Positions 62,301 through 64,000 of a DNA stretch of 64,000 bases are shown here, piece after piece (within the stretch, counting starts at the first letter, position 1; each line of letters starts with the position of its first letter). This DNA is from Balanoglossus misakiensis. Its lineage: Eukaryota; Animalia; Hemichordata. A program made the translations under genes and the position numbers. A model generated the notes under the pieces. That model did no database searches and was not told the origin of the DNA. It saw only the letters and a program-made list of their open reading frames with translations. The stretch spans positions 11,351,403 to 11,415,402 of the forward strand of contig CM082587.2 in NCBI GenBank assembly GCA_040954595.2. Direction: 5' to 3'.

Positions 62301-64000
62301 AAATTTGGATGACCTCAGGTGACCTTTTACCTACTTTACTCTATTTCTGCAGCAAAAATACATACGTCCTTGTTATGTCATGAGATAAAAAACCTGATAA
62401 AGCATTCTGTTTCTTCTCATTCATACTGTGCATATATAATTCCGGATCAGCGCTTGGGCCCGACAATGCTGCTTGCAGCTTTAATTCTTTCTTTCTTTCT
62501 TTCTTTATTCTTGGTTCACTTCTTTCGCGCTCTAGATCTCAGACACCGCTGCAGGTACAGTTCTCAAACTTGCTACAGTGGTCAAGGTCAATGAGTAGAT
62601 GTGCAGTGACTTGTGAATACTTAATTAGTCACGTGACATGGCGGCCATATTGGATTTTCTGAAAAAATGCAAATCTCAGATCTCAGAAACTACAAGTCAG
62701 ATCGAGTTCAGATTTGGCGTGCTGGTAGTATACCCTCTGCCCATCATTTTTGTAATTGGATATTTTGCTGTAAATGTTGCAGTTTTTTTGCTACAGTTGT
62801 TTTTCTGAAATCTGGTCAAAATTTCAAAAATCTTCTTCTCCAGAACCGGCGATAACCGAGTCACGCCGTTTGGGGTATGTGGTCACCTAACTGATGTCTA
62901 TCAAGTTTGCGAAGATCATTGTGATTGGTCGAAGATTATGGCGGCCATATTGGATTTTCGAAAAACCATAGTAAAACTTCAAAAATCTTCTTCTCCAGAA
63001 CGGGCGATAACCGAGTCACAAGATTTGGTTTGTGTGGTCATTAAACAGATGTCTATCAAGTTTGCGAAGGGGAATGTGATTGGTCGAAGATTATGGCGGC
63101 CATATTGGATTTTGTGAAAAACGATTAAAAAGTAAAAATTCCTTTTCTAGCCTAAAAATTGATAGCACAGAAATTCTTTTTATGGATATGAATCATCATA
63201 TGACAAGAATAACCTATAAATATTTTGGTAATTTTGGCAATGACCTTTGACCTACTTTTGACGCATCATTTTTCTGCATATCTAATTCCAGGCTAACCAA
63301 TAGGGCTATAAGTTTGGTTTTTGATGTATGTGGATTGTATGTGATCAAAAAATTTTGCTACTTTTCATGACCCCTTTGACCTCTGCTGACCTCATTAAAT
63401 ATGCATATACCTAATTACAGATGAACCAATAGACCTAGAGGTTTTGTTTTTGTTATACATGGACCAGTATGGGGTCAAAATATTTTGCCCAAATGTTGGG
63501 TGACCTCGGGTGACCTTTGACCTACTTTTGCATATCTCGACATCCACACCAGATACAGCCTTGGCGTTTGGAGGTATGGGGCCATAATGAAAAGCCAAAG
63601 TTTTGGGTCACCCGTGACACCTGCTTAACTCATTATTTATGTGCATACCTAATTCCGGGCTAACCAAAAGGGCTAGAGATCTTGTTTTTGTTGGACATAG
63701 ACCACTATGGGTCAAAATATTCTGCCCAAATAATTGGTGACCTCTGGGTGACCTTTGACCTACTTAATACTATGTCAACACCAAACCTAGATATAACCTT
63801 GATATTTCATGGGATAAAACACAGCATTATGTTTCTACTCATTAATTATGTGCATATCTAATAATCAGATCAGATAATAGAGCTTGGGCCCGGACAATGC
63901 TGCTTGCAGCTTTAATTCTTTCTTCTTTCTTTCTTTATTCTTGTGTCAATTCTTTGTCGCTCTAGATCTCAGACACCGCTGCAGGTACACTTCTGAAACT
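59170..64000 (+). mobile_element. Cluster of Helentron-associated non-autonomous (HINE/DINE-1-like) elements; bodies 59387-60825, 60826-62486, 62487-63917 and 63918 to beyond the window
   Basis: Head hairpin TAGGGCCCAAGCG..CGCTTGGGCCCTA, a (TCTT)n microsatellite, internal core repeats, and a tail of GCTTGGGCCC (subterminal IR) plus the short hairpin GCTGCTTGCAGC plus TTTAATT. This matches the known HINE layout. Confidence 0.78.

Noticed and set aside
58951-63598. ORFs in the Helentron-type cluster
   Set aside because: Short, inconsistent among bodies, and lacking Rep/helicase motifs; the elements are non-coding.

Overview
Eukaryotic, repeat-saturated DNA, probably from an invertebrate animal; no host housekeeping gene is visible. 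The backbone is a tandem array of a ~2.05-kb macrosatellite (about 12-13 units in view), built from an AT-rich half with ~336-bp diverged subrepeats and a GC-richer half of 81-bp subrepeats. Five insertions interrupt or border it. (1) A 24.4-kb cut-and-paste element (9561-33935; 33-bp TIRs, 4-bp TSD CGTT) carries a 10-exon DDD transposase pseudogene of Sola1/DUF7869 type, a divergently oriented multi-exon cargo gene that reads like a ParB-like domain fused to a degenerate, incomplete amino-methyltransferase fold, a 39-bp palindromic minisatellite, and three nested elements (an L2 LINE and two MITEs). (2) A ~960-bp element with a long terminal hairpin. (3) A decapitated BEL/Pao LTR retrotransposon. 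(4) An L1/Tx1 LINE. (5) A cluster of Helentron-type non-autonomous elements that appear nested inside each other (four stacked heads followed by bodies in mirror order). Gene models were spliced by hand. Family assignments rest on motif recognition only; no searches were run.
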